Part shown: positions 1 to 10,308 of the stretch, in pieces | How the letters are laid out: each line of letters opens with the position of its first letter | How positions within the stretch are numbered: position 1 is the first letter of the stretch | Virus genome (UHGV): UHGV-1373020 | Length of the DNA stretch: 48,743 nt | Reading direction: 5' to 3' (one strand) | Source of the DNA: a virus | Notes under the pieces: model-generated | Databases searched by the model: none | Told to the model about the DNA's origin: nothing | The model's input: only the letters and a program-made list of their open reading frames with translations | Position numbers and translations under genes: made by a program

Positions 1-228
1 GCCGAAGAGGTTTATGACCTGGCTGTACTGGCGCTGAATTTATCAAATATCGCAAACCTGAAGCGATACGAGCTTGATATGGAAGGTTGCGACTCGTGCG
101 GTCAGGATTGCGGTGCCGATATGGCTGAAGACATCGAAGGCGAATTTGTCATGTTTGACGATGTTGTCAGTATGGTTCAGTTTGACACCACCAACCAGCA
201 ATTCGAAAGCCTGGCTAAAAGTGAATAG
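1..228 (+). CDS. C-terminal fragment of a hypothetical protein; the CDS starts upstream of the window
   Basis: Frame 1 is open from base 1 to the TAA at 226-228. The acidic C-terminus DMAEDIEGEFVMFDD looks protein-like. Confidence 0.4.
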   Translation, partial: AEEVYDLAVLALNLSNIANLKRYELDMEGCDSCGQDCGADMAEDIEGEFVMFDDVVSMVQFDTTNQQFESLAKSE

Positions 229-291
229 CTACCCGTTCATATTAATTATCAGTGCGCTCTATGTGGCGCACGCTTTAGTGGAGATGTGTGG

Positions 292-489
292 ATGAGCAAC
301 AGATATATTTATCATTACAATGCAATATCTGCAGGCGGCGCGTCATCAGTGGCTGGCGTAGCTCAGTTGACGTTCAGAATTAAATCGCAAGAAGATGTCG
401 AGGTGCTGAAGAGTTTGATTAGTAGTGATGGGTTCACGGCAGTGGCAATCACATCTCTCTCATATCTCGGACGGGAGAATGACGAGTGA
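292..489 (+). CDS. hypothetical small protein (65 aa)
   Basis: ORF with an ATG at 292. No recognisable domain. Confidence 0.3.
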   Translation: MSNRYIYHYNAISAGGASSVAGVAQLTFRIKSQEDVEVLKSLISSDGFTAVAITSLSYLGRENDE

Positions 490-585
490 CCAGATACCAA
501 CGACGCCGATACACCACTGGTGCTAAAATATTCCTTGCTGTTTATGTGCTGGCACTGGTAGCGGCTATTGCAGGAGTGGCTCATT

Positions 586-765
586 ATGTTTAACGATATT
601 AGCGACGCAATGCAAAACATGTGGGAACGATACTGGGACGGTATGATGACCTGTCATTACATGATGGTGCAGATCAGCAATCGCATTGAGGTTGTTCCTG
701 ACAATGGTGTTCACAATATTAAGTGCATGTGCTCTACGAGGGCTTTTGCTAATGCAAACCACTAA
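586..765 (+). CDS. hypothetical small protein (59 aa)
   Basis: An AGGAG at 572-576 sits 9 nt upstream of the ATG at 586. Confidence 0.4.
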   Translation: MFNDISDAMQNMWERYWDGMMTCHYMMVQISNRIEVVPDNGVHNIKCMCSTRAFANANH

Positions 766-925
766 GCAGAAAGTTTGGCAGCTCGCCAAGCAGCACGAAT
801 TGGATGACTTCATCGCGAAGGTGGCAAAGACATTCCCTGATGCGCTTGAAATCGTTCATGTGCAGACTCGTAATGAAAATGCATGGTGCTACGCTGGCAA
901 GCGTGATAATCATGGTGTACAATAA
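752..925 (+). CDS. hypothetical small protein (57 aa)
   Basis: An ATG at 752 opens a charged, protein-like ORF that overlaps the previous gene end. Confidence 0.3.
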   Translation: MQTTKQKVWQLAKQHELDDFIAKVAKTFPDALEIVHVQTRNENAWCYAGKRDNHGVQ

Positions 926-971
926 ACGCATAACCACCATTGCTTTCACTCATATCATCACCCAACCTTTA

Positions 972-997
972 ACCCGCCTTGTGCGGGTTCTTTTTTA
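972..997 (+). terminator. rho-independent terminator
   Basis: ACCCGC-cttgt-GCGGGT hairpin followed by TCTTTTTT. Confidence 0.6.
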
Positions 998-1043
998 TCT
1001 GTGTTAAACTAACGATATCGAAACACGAAAAGACGAAAACAGA

Positions 1044-1490
1044 ATGGCTAATCCAAACCCTGTCATGAAATTTTCCTCTGAATACCAGCCAGCTGGCAGA
1101 GGATTAAGCTACAGAAACAGGCTTATTGAAGCATTAAAGCGATGCGGGCTTGGTGAGGAGGAATTCCTTGACGCATTTATCAGGACTTCAATCAGGATGA
1201 CCGAGGAAAACCCGACTCAGGGCGTGCAAATGCTGAAGGAAATATTCCTGCGTATCAGTCCGGTACAAAAGAGTATGGCACCTCCTGTTAATTTTAAATA
1301 CCGCAAAGATGCCACGCCAGTTGAGCAAATAGAGGACGTTATTCAATCTGTCTCCAGTGGCGAGCTTCCAATTGACGTGGCGTCGCAGGTTGTGTCTATG
1401 ATTAAGGTTGGGCTTGATGTGAAAGAGTTAACCGAACTCGCCGCGCGCCTTGAGAGGCTGGAGAAATTACTTGAGCAGCAGAATGCGTGA
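1044..1490 (+). CDS. putative terminase small subunit
   Basis: 148-aa protein immediately upstream of TerL with a coiled-coil C-terminus. The call rests on position and size. Confidence 0.5.
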   Translation: MANPNPVMKFSSEYQPAGRGLSYRNRLIEALKRCGLGEEEFLDAFIRTSIRMTEENPTQGVQMLKEIFLRISPVQKSMAPPVNFKYRKDATPVEQIEDVIQSVSSGELPIDVASQVVSMIKVGLDVKELTELAARLERLEKLLEQQNA

Positions 1491-1641
1491 TGTTATTACG
1501 TGGTGCCTTGTGGCATCTATCGCTATGAGCATGATTAGTGTCATTATGCCATCGGTGGATTTTGCTGGCAGCATATTCGCATTAATGTTCTGGATATCGG
1601 GATGGATTATTGCTTTGGGGAGGATTAGATATGGCTCGTAA
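1483..1641 (+). CDS. hypothetical small membrane protein (52 aa, two hydrophobic segments)
   Basis: ATG at 1483 overlaps the TerS stop. Hydrophobic helices VASIAMSMISVIM and ALMFWISGWIIAL. Confidence 0.3.
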   Translation: MRDVITWCLVASIAMSMISVIMPSVDFAGSIFALMFWISGWIIALGRIRYGS

Positions 1642-3052
1642 ACGCCTCTCCGCGCTGGCAATTGAAAAGTTGGAGGCGCAGATTGATGACGCAATGACAG
1701 ATGTTGCAGAGTCAGCAATCTTTGGTATCTGCGACATGCAGAAAAACGTCATCAAGCGGTTAAGGATGACCGCTACTGGCGTTGATGATGTGACCAATGC
1801 AACCACTCATGCCGACCACCTGATTCCAGCAAAACTGGAGCGCCTGCTTTACCCGAAGCCGTGGAAGGTTGTCTATGGTGGTCGTGGGTCGGCAAAGACT
1901 CGCACAGTGTCGACAATCCTCACCGAGTCGGCAAGATTTAAATCAGAGCGTATCGGGTGCTTCCGCGAGATTCAGCAATCAATTGAAGACTCCAGCTATC
2001 AGGAGTTGGTTGACGAGATTGATCGCAAAGGAGAATCAAAAGAGTATCGTTGCATTGATGGCAAGATTACCCACAAGAAGACTAAATCAAAGTTCAGGTT
2101 CCGTGGCCTTTATCGCAACGTGACTGGCGTGAAGGGTTTTGCTGGCATCACAAAGGCGTGGATTGAGGAGGCCGAAAACGTCAGTCAGGCATCGTGGGAC
2201 ATCCTTGAGCCTACCGTGCGTAACCCGGGGGCTGAAATATGGGTCACTTTCAACCCCAATAAAGAAACAGACGCCACATGGACTCAGTGGGTGGCTCCGT
2301 GGCATGACAAAATGGTAAACGGCATTTACGAGGATGATGAAATACTCATCATTGAGTGTAACTGGACCGATAACCCGTGGATGACAGAGGAACTAATCCG
2401 CTCAAAAGATAAAATGAAGCGCGTTGATTTCGACCGCTATATGTGGATATGGGAAGGCAAATTTAACAAACGCAGTGACGAACAGGTATTCGGCGGCAAA
2501 TGGCGCATTGATAACTTCGAGGTTAAACCTGAATGGCACGGCCCATACTTCGGGATGGACTTCGGGTTTTCCACCGATCCTACCGCAATGGTTGAAGTGT
2601 ACATCGAAGAGTCACCAGGCGGACGGCGCAACATTTATATTAATCGCGAGTACGGAAAGGTCGGACTTGAGATTACCGATACGCCAGCCGCGATGGAGCA
2701 ATCATTCACGATGGCTAAGCGTGCGCGATGGTATGCGGACTGCGCGCGCCCCGAAACCATAAGCCACATCAAGCGTTCTGGATTTGACATTCACCCATGC
2801 ACAAAATGGCCAGGCAGCGTTGAGGATGGCGTAACGTGGCTGCGCGGATGTGACAGCATTGTCATCCACGAGCGATGCAAGGAAATGCAGAATGAAGCGG
2901 TAATGTACAGCTACAAGGTTGATAAGCTTACCGGAAACGTTCTGACTGATATTGTCGATGCATATAACCATTACTGGGATGCGGTTCGCTATGCACTAAA
3001 TGACCACATCGTCCAACGCGGTAGCGGTATGCTAATCCGGCGCAGGAGATAA
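1631..3052 (+). CDS. terL: terminase large subunit
   Basis: Walker A YGGRGSAKT, with a C-terminal nuclease-like region. GGGGAGG lies 7 nt upstream of the ATG at 1631. The tracked ORF starts at 1610 upstream. Confidence 0.9.
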   Translation: MARKRLSALAIEKLEAQIDDAMTDVAESAIFGICDMQKNVIKRLRMTATGVDDVTNATTHADHLIPAKLERLLYPKPWKVVYGGRGSAKTRTVSTILTESARFKSERIGCFREIQQSIEDSSYQELVDEIDRKGESKEYRCIDGKITHKKTKSKFRFRGLYRNVTGVKGFAGITKAWIEEAENVSQASWDILEPTVRNPGAEIWVTFNPNKETDATWTQWVAPWHDKMVNGIYEDDEILIIECNWTDNPWMTEELIRSKDKMKRVDFDRYMWIWEGKFNKRSDEQVFGGKWRIDNFEVKPEWHGPYFGMDFGFSTDPTAMVEVYIEESPGGRRNIYINREYGKVGLEITDTPAAMEQSFTMAKRARWYADCARPETISHIKRSGFDIHPCTKWPGSVEDGVTWLRGCDSIVIHERCKEMQNEAVMYSYKVDKLTGNVLTDIVDAYNHYWDAVRYALNDHIVQRGSGMLIRRRR

Positions 3053-3053
3053 A

Positions 3054-3080
3054 AATAAAGCCCTCAATTGAGGGCTTGGT
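3054..3080. terminator. bidirectional hairpin terminator
   Basis: AAGCCCTC-aatt-GAGGGCTT. Strong T-run on the - strand, weaker on +. Confidence 0.55.
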
Positions 3081-3233
3081 TCATTTAATCAACGCTCTGC
3101 GACCAAGCTCAGCAATCCATTCCGCTGCATCCTCTATTTTGTTGAACTCATAAAGATGTTTATTGTCTTCCATGACATAAAACAGGATGCGACCAAGTTT
3201 ATTTTTCTTTGCGCTAAATTTAACATCTTTCAT
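3081..3233 (-). CDS. hypothetical protein (50 aa), convergent with terL
   Basis: Reverse-strand ORF MKDVKFSAKKNKLGRILFYVMEDNKHLYEFNKIEDAAEWIAELGRRALIK with a GGAGG SD 6 nt upstream. Absent from the ORF track because it is under 60 aa. Confidence 0.45.
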   Translation of the reverse strand: MKDVKFSAKKNKLGRILFYVMEDNKHLYEFNKIEDAAEWIAELGRRALIK

Positions 3234-3261
3234 GTTTTACCTCCTTCCGCTTCATGAGTTC

Positions 3262-3290
3262 AATCTACATCACCACCATATCCACGTCAA
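3262..3290 (-). promoter_or_regulatory. sigma70-like promoter TTGACG-N17-TAGATT for the small - strand gene
   Basis: Reverse complement reads TTGACG tggatatggtggtgatg TAGATT. The -10 lies inside the conserved 13-mer. Confidence 0.5.
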
Positions 3291-3325
3291 CATTTATTAT
3301 TGTTGATAAATCCGCACCACCACAC

Positions 3326-3354
3326 TTGACCAATCTACACCGAGCGCATAGTAT
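3326..3354 (+). promoter_or_regulatory. sigma70-like promoter TTGACC-N17-TAGTAT heading the early small-gene operon
   Basis: Exact 17-nt spacing. The spacer contains AATCTACAC, and ATCTACATCA follows directly. Confidence 0.55.
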
Positions 3355-3384
3355 ATCTACATCAGGTTTATCGGAGATAACACT

Positions 3385-3591
3385 ATGCGCAGCTATGCAG
3401 GATTCACGCAGGAGGAGAAAGAACAGGTTTATTCACTGGCACGAGCTGGTGTGCCTGATGAGGTGATTTGCCGTCGGTATGACATCGACGAGGATTTCCT
3501 GCTGCGCGTTCTGGATGATGTTTTCGTTAGCCTGCAAGAGAAGCGCGGGTATAAAGGTATCTGCTGCAAGAATGATTTTTTGAGAGGGTGA
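3385..3591 (+). CDS. hypothetical early protein (68 aa)
   Basis: GGAG lies 9 nt upstream of the ATG. Confidence 0.55.
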   Translation: MRSYAGFTQEEKEQVYSLARAGVPDEVICRRYDIDEDFLLRVLDDVFVSLQEKRGYKGICCKNDFLRG

Positions 3592-3595
3592 AAAC

Positions 3596-3793
3596 ATGAA
3601 AAGCATAATGAAAAGAATGGTACGGGCATATGATAAAGAACTGTGCGTATTCAGAAATATGCGTAATAGCAAGAAAAAGCGCAGAGCTGCGGCGCGGCAG
3701 TTAGCATCATATTATGATGAAGATGTTGCAATTGAATGCCAGGAAGCCGCTGATGAGTTTGCTCGTGATGATATTTACTATATGGTTAACTGA
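3596..3793 (+). CDS. hypothetical early protein (65 aa, basic and acidic halves)
   Basis: SD GAGAGGGTGAAAAC precedes the ATG. Confidence 0.55.
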   Translation: MKSIMKRMVRAYDKELCVFRNMRNSKKKRRAAARQLASYYDEDVAIECQEAADEFARDDIYYMVN

Positions 3794-3811
3794 TTTTGAG
3801 AGGGTGATGTG

Positions 3812-3982
3812 ATGATTGTTATTGAAGACGAAACCAAAACGCCAATGTGCACAATAGCGGTTGATTTCAATTCTGACCCAATGATTACTCAGGGTCACGA
3901 CACTATTATTATTGACAAACACCAAGCCGAGCAGCTAATCGAAGTCCTGCAACGCTGGTTTAATGGTGAGGAGATTGAGTAA
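3812..3982 (+). CDS. hypothetical early protein (56 aa)
   Basis: MIVIEDETKTPMCTIAVDFNSDPMITQGHDTIIIDKHQAEQLIEVLQRWFNGEEIE. The SD GAGAGGGTGA duplicates the upstream junction. Absent from the ORF track. Confidence 0.5.
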   Translation: MIVIEDETKTPMCTIAVDFNSDPMITQGHDTIIIDKHQAEQLIEVLQRWFNGEEIE

Positions 3983-4188
3983 TGAGCGTTTATTTTTACT
4001 GCGGTCACATCGAGCGACAAGGAAGCGTGGCGAGTGTCGGTAGTTTTTGTGGATTATCTATTGGCACCGATGCGGTTAGCGCATATGAGGACGCTATGAG
4101 GGCACAAGTGAAAGAAATTCAGGCAATCACTGAAAGCGGCGCTTTTAATCTTTCTGTTATTTTTGATAAATTCGAAAAGGTGGAGTGA
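3982..4188 (+). CDS. hypothetical early protein (68 aa)
   Basis: TAATG stop/start overlap with the upstream gene. Confidence 0.5.
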   Translation: MSVYFYCGHIERQGSVASVGSFCGLSIGTDAVSAYEDAMRAQVKEIQAITESGAFNLSVIFDKFEKVE

Positions 4189-4406
4189 TGAAAGCCGTCA
4201 AAACAATACTGTTCTGCATCATCAACCCGCACCTGATTGTGATGCTGATATTCGCTGCCATGCTTATTGGCGCAAGAAAGTCGCTTTATTATATCTCCGA
4301 CAAACTGGATGACGCGGCGCGTTACATTCAGAAGATTGACCATAAACTCGGGTCGAAGTCATACCCCGCATGGTTCAGAACGCTTGTTGATGACGAGGTG
4401 GAGTGA
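4188..4406 (+). CDS. hypothetical membrane protein (72 aa)
   Basis: GTGATG overlap with the upstream stop. One TM helix ILFCIINPHLIVMLIFAAMLIG. Confidence 0.5.
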   Translation: MKAVKTILFCIINPHLIVMLIFAAMLIGARKSLYYISDKLDDAARYIQKIDHKLGSKSYPAWFRTLVDDEVE

Positions 4407-4567
4407 TGGCGCTATTCTGGTCGTTCTGGATTCCATTGAACTTTATGTTCTGGTGGGCTATGGCTGCCGGAGTGAATGAACCGAGATGGATTCACTTTAT
4501 AGTTGGTTCACTTTTCGCTGTGGTAACTGGTGTTGTGCCATGCTTGTTGTATCAATATTTCAAATGA
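4406..4567 (+). CDS. hypothetical membrane protein (53 aa)
   Basis: MALFWSFWIPLNFMFWWAMAAG...CLLYQYFK with two hydrophobic helices. ATGA-type overlap with the upstream gene. Absent from the ORF track. Confidence 0.45.
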   Translation: MALFWSFWIPLNFMFWWAMAAGVNEPRWIHFIVGSLFAVVTGVVPCLLYQYFK

Positions 4568-4573
4568 AGGTGA

Positions 4574-4771
4574 GTGATGACAAGAAAAGAGGTTCACGAG
4601 TATTCTATTGCAGCCAGAAAGCGCGTCGAAGATGTATGGACGAATCATGGGTTACGCAGCAATAGAGCTAAATTGGTTGCAAAATGCCATCAAGTCGTAA
4701 GTGGTGACAGGATTGAGTGTTACGCGTTTAATCAGTGGATGAAGTCTGGCGTCGTAAGAGAGGTGAAATGA
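4574..4771 (+). CDS. hypothetical early protein (65 aa)
   Basis: SD AAGGTGAGTG precedes the ATG. Confidence 0.55.
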   Translation: MMTRKEVHEYSIAARKRVEDVWTNHGLRSNRAKLVAKCHQVVSGDRIECYAFNQWMKSGVVREVK

Positions 4772-5019
4772 TGGTAGTTATGATTTTTGGTCTTATCGTT
4801 ATGGTGTTCATTGCTTATATGCTTGTTAGGAATAACGCGGTTGCTGATGCGAGGATTGGGTTTATAAAGTTCTTCTATGAAGAAGACCCTAATGGATATG
4901 CCTCTGGCAAGCGATTCCATGAGGCGCTACCAAGCTACGATGAGATGCTGTGGAAGTTCTGGGTGTGGCCTTTATCAAAATTCTATCCGGCATACAGAAA
5001 CCGAAATCGCAACAAGTGA
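4771..5019 (+). CDS. hypothetical membrane protein (82 aa)
   Basis: N-terminal TM MMVVMIFGLIVMVFIAYMLV. The start overlaps the upstream stop. Confidence 0.5.
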   Translation: MVVMIFGLIVMVFIAYMLVRNNAVADARIGFIKFFYEEDPNGYASGKRFHEALPSYDEMLWKFWVWPLSKFYPAYRNRNRNK

Positions 5020-5022
5020 CCA

Positions 5023-5056
5023 TGCTATAATCCCTCCATCGTGAGGGATTTTTTAT
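5023..5056 (+). promoter_or_regulatory. extended -10 (TGcTATAAT) fused to the 5' half of a terminator hairpin (ATCCCTC-catcgt-GAGGGAT-TTTTTT)
   Basis: The TGn-TATAAT at 5023-5031 overlaps the 5' stem of the hairpin at 5030-5049, so initiated transcripts would lack the 5' arm. Confidence 0.4.
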
Positions 5057-5062
5057 TGGTGA

Positions 5063-7412
<2,350 letters not shown>

Positions 7413-7495
7413 GGGCTTTGCTTTATCTTATCAGCATGCACAGAACAAATATTATTATCGCATAGCACAATATCTCTACGACGCTGAATATTGTT

Positions 7496-8119
7496 TTAAT
7501 CATCAAGTTTCACGCCGGGAATTTTGCCTGCTGCGATGGCGTCGTAAACAGCCTCTGCCTCATCTGATCGATTGTGTTGGCGTTCAGCCTTCGTCAACGC
7601 ACCATAAATTGCATCACAAATTCTCTCGCGCTTCTTATCTGCTTCTGTGCGGATGGGGCGAAATTTCAGCGTGCCACCATACGATGAAAATTTAACATAC
7701 TGGACACCCTCAAAGGTATCGCACAGCATCACCACGCCTTGCGTCCCTACAATGTAATCAATTTTGCACTTCCACCATGTTTTCCCGGCATTGAGAGAGT
7801 ATTCGCATTCGCATCCAACTGGTGGCAGGCCTTCGCCGTTCCATGTTGGCTTCTGCGATGCTGCGAGTGCTGCTTTATATTGCCAATAGGTCACTATCGA
7901 CTCCCTGTGGTCGCAAGATAAAGGTACGCCCTCAATTCCATGCCAGTAATACACAAGCATATTCCTAGTGCGATGTTTCCATGAGAATCCATCATAGTGT
8001 GGGTCATTTGTGTTCCATACACACAGCGAACCGTCATTATCTTGAGTAATTGACAGCGCACCATCAGGCCACCCGCCACGCTTAGGCAATTCTTGAGCTA
8101 ACAGGTCGATAAGTTTCAT
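7496..8119 (-). CDS. hypothetical protein (207 aa, Cys/Trp-rich)
   Basis: Long protein-like ORF, the last gene of the - strand cassette. Confidence 0.65.
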   Translation of the reverse strand: MKLIDLLAQELPKRGGWPDGALSITQDNDGSLCVWNTNDPHYDGFSWKHRTRNMLVYYWHGIEGVPLSCDHRESIVTYWQYKAALAASQKPTWNGEGLPPVGCECEYSLNAGKTWWKCKIDYIVGTQGVVMLCDTFEGVQYVKFSSYGGTLKFRPIRTEADKKRERICDAIYGALTKAERQHNRSDEAEAVYDAIAAGKIPGVKLDD

Positions 8120-8331
8120 TTTGTTTCCTCCACAAACTCAAATTTTGATTCGAACTCCTTCCTGCCAACACAATATTCCATATAAGATTCGTTGAACTTT
8201 ATCATCGGGTAGTCGGCAATCAGGATGTGGTTTAACCCTACAGCGGTCACAATGAACCTTGCATCACCTTCCTCATCCCAAGAGTAATGACTCTTGTAAA
8301 TGCAGCCAACGCTAACATTTTTGTTGCTCAT
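8116..8331 (-). CDS. hypothetical protein (71 aa)
   Basis: Stop/start overlaps link it into the operon. Confidence 0.55.
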   Translation of the reverse strand: MSNKNVSVGCIYKSHYSWDEEGDARFIVTAVGLNHILIADYPMIKFNESYMEYCVGRKEFESKFEFVEETK

Positions 8332-8552
8332 TTTGTTTCTCCATCAGAAAGTATTTCTTTATATTCACCCTCAACCTCGTACAGTTCACCAAGCTTAAAT
8401 ACCTCATATGAGTTTTGTCCGCCTTCTCGCCATGCGTAAACCTCATTCAGTTTTTCAGCCACAGCATTAGCCTCATGTTCAGTTGGGTAAATTGCAACGA
8501 CATTTGATGAAACGCCACATTCGATACAACCAACATTAAATACAAGCCACAT
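8328..8552 (-). CDS. hypothetical protein (74 aa, CxxC)
   Basis: Overlapping stop/start. Acidic C-terminus. Confidence 0.55.
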   Translation of the reverse strand: MWLVFNVGCIECGVSSNVVAIYPTEHEANAVAEKLNEVYAWREGGQNSYEVFKLGELYEVEGEYKEILSDGETK

Positions 8553-8554
8553 AA

Positions 8555-8851
8555 TTATTCTCCCAACGCCTTGTTAGCCGCCGCGCGCGCATTATCCAGA
8601 GCGCGACGCTTGCTTGATGTTGTCCAGACCTTGCCGGAGTGGTCGTCGTAGATTTCCAGTAGTTGCTGGAGTGCTGATAGCAGTTCCGGTGATGCTGCGA
8701 TTAACTTTGCGTTATGCCATTGCTCGGTTTTGTCGCCGTTATATGTTGGAGTGAAGGCAATCTCAACTCCAATATCCGAGATAACATCCGGGGCGTTATC
8801 ATCACCAATAACAACCTCCCATTTCCCTTGCGTACCTTTAAATCCTTCCAT
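8555..8851 (-). CDS. hypothetical protein (98 aa)
   Basis: The ATG at 8851 has a GAGG SD 8 nt upstream. The tracked ORF begins at a GTG at 8863. Confidence 0.6.
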   Translation of the reverse strand: MEGFKGTQGKWEVVIGDDNAPDVISDIGVEIAFTPTYNGDKTEQWHNAKLIAASPELLSALQQLLEIYDDHSGKVWTTSSKRRALDNARAAANKALGE

Positions 8852-8859
8852 CACCAACC

Positions 8860-9003
8860 TCACTTAATATATTCAATAATATCAACTTCACGCATCTGCA
8901 CCAGACCAAATGGCGCAACCACCTTGCCGCACGGGCGTATTTTGATTTGCTCAAGGTTGAACACACCGCAGCGTCCGTTTTCTTTGAATTTGACCATTAC
9001 CAT
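8860..9003 (-). CDS. hypothetical protein (47 aa)
   Basis: MVMVKFKENGRCGVFNLEQIKIRPCGKVVAPFGLVQMREVDIIEYIK with an AAGGTG SD. Absent from the ORF track. Confidence 0.4.
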   Translation of the reverse strand: MVMVKFKENGRCGVFNLEQIKIRPCGKVVAPFGLVQMREVDIIEYIK

Positions 9004-9013
9004 AATCACACCT

Positions 9014-9235
9014 TTATCTGGCAAGAATCCACACATGCCTCAACGCAGAGAGAAATCTACCAACCCTTGTTTTCCTCTCCAAATTGACCAGATACATATT
9101 TGAAACTGAACATTTCGCTCCGTCACATATCATTGTTATTGCGTTTTTATTCCCATTTTTGAGCCTTGTGAACACAATCTCGCCCTGCCCGGTAAGACTT
9201 AGCGTATTACTTTCTTTGTTAAGCTTTATTTCCAT
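9014..9235 (-). CDS. hypothetical protein (73 aa), first gene of the - strand cassette
   Basis: The ATG at 9235 has a GAGGTG SD 6 nt upstream. Confidence 0.55.
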   Translation of the reverse strand: MEIKLNKESNTLSLTGQGEIVFTRLKNGNKNAITMICDGAKCSVSNMYLVNLERKTRVGRFLSALRHVWILAR

Positions 9236-9266
9236 CTTCATCACCTCACTCATCATTTGATGTAGA

Positions 9267-9295
9267 TACTATGCACCATCACTCAATCTACGTCA
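9267..9295 (-). promoter_or_regulatory. putative promoter TTGACG-N17-cATAGT for the - strand cassette
   Basis: Reverse complement reads TTGACG TAGATTGAGTGATGGTG CATAGT. It contains two copies of the 13-mer core. Confidence 0.45.
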
Positions 9296-9339
9296 ACACC
9301 ATTGTGATAGAATTAGTCATTATTTGAACAGGAGGCAGA

Positions 9340-9618
9340 ATGAAACTATCGCAACGCGGCAAAGATACGCTTGGGATTGCCGACGCCGTGGATATATCGC
9401 CTTACATCACCACCGAAACAACGCAGAATCAGTTTGACGCACTGACAAGTCTCGCCACTGACATCGGCATTGACGTGTTTCGGCAGTCAACACTACTGAA
9501 GAAACACAATCTCCGCTGCTTCTCATGCGCTGTTGCGCATTTCATCGTGTGGGGTGAGAAGACTGGCGACAAAGCAAAACGCAAAGCTGAAAAAGAGGTT
9601 TACTGGTATGGTTATTAG
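9340..9618 (+). pseudogene. internally deleted remnant of a GH24 (P22 gp19 / T4 e-type) lysozyme
   Basis: The 92-aa product keeps the C-terminal signature TQNQFDALTSL..IG...F.QST.LKK.N, but the 40-50 aa holding the catalytic Glu-Asp-Thr triad are missing. Its 3' end overlaps the start of the R-type endolysin. Confidence 0.5.
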
Positions 9619-10072
9619 CAAAAACATGAAAGCGTTTTTGGATATGCTGGCGTACAGCGAGGGAACCGATAACGGGCGACAGAAAACCAATAATCATGGC
9701 TATGATGTGATTGTTGGCGGCTCACTATTTACCGACTATTCCGACCACCCACGCAAGCTGATTAGCTTGCCAAGGCTGGGCATCAAATCCACTGCTGCCG
9801 GACGGTATCAGGTGCTGGCTAAGTTTTATGACGCATACAAAAAGCAATTACGCTTGCCGGACTTCTCCCCCGCATCGCAGGACGCTATTGCAATGCAGTT
9901 AATCCGTGAATGCAAGGCTACTGCGGATATTGAGGCTGGTCGCATTGCTGATGCTATCCATAAGTGCCGCTCGCGCTGGGCATCATTACCGGGTGCTGGT
10001 TATGGTCAACATGAGCAAAAGCTGGATAAGCTGATTCAGGTATACAAGGATGCTGGCGGGGCTGTGGCATGA
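9608..10072 (+). CDS. R: endolysin, lambda R-type lytic transglycosylase
   Basis: MVISKNMKAFLDMLAYSEGTDNGRQKT.NHGYDVIVGG.LFTDYSDHPRK... is near-colinear with lambda R as recalled, including the catalytic Glu in AYSEGT. No signal-anchor is present. Confidence 0.85.
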   Translation: MVISKNMKAFLDMLAYSEGTDNGRQKTNNHGYDVIVGGSLFTDYSDHPRKLISLPRLGIKSTAAGRYQVLAKFYDAYKKQLRLPDFSPASQDAIAMQLIRECKATADIEAGRIADAIHKCRSRWASLPGAGYGQHEQKLDKLIQVYKDAGGAVA

Positions 10073-10308
10073 AAAAGCTAAGCAACTGGCTGCTCGGGGC
10101 GTGGATTTCGTTCTGTTCACTGTTGCAGCTATGGCCTGATGCAATGATGCACGTATGGGTGATGATGCCTGATGACCTGAAAGCAGCGCTACCACCAATC
10201 GTGGTCAAAGGTGTGAGTTATTCAATCATGCTGGTTGGCATTCTCGGTAAGATGCACGGCATGAGAAAGGAAAACCGGAAGCTGCGCAATGATGTCGATT
10301 CTCGCTAA
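10069..10308 (+). CDS. putative holin (two TM helices, basic C-terminus)
   Basis: Two hydrophobic helices followed by the tail KMHGMRKENRKLRNDVDSR. It lies between the endolysin and Rz, which is a non-canonical order. Confidence 0.5.
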   Translation: MKKLSNWLLGAWISFCSLLQLWPDAMMHVWVMMPDDLKAALPPIVVKGVSYSIMLVGILGKMHGMRKENRKLRNDVDSR

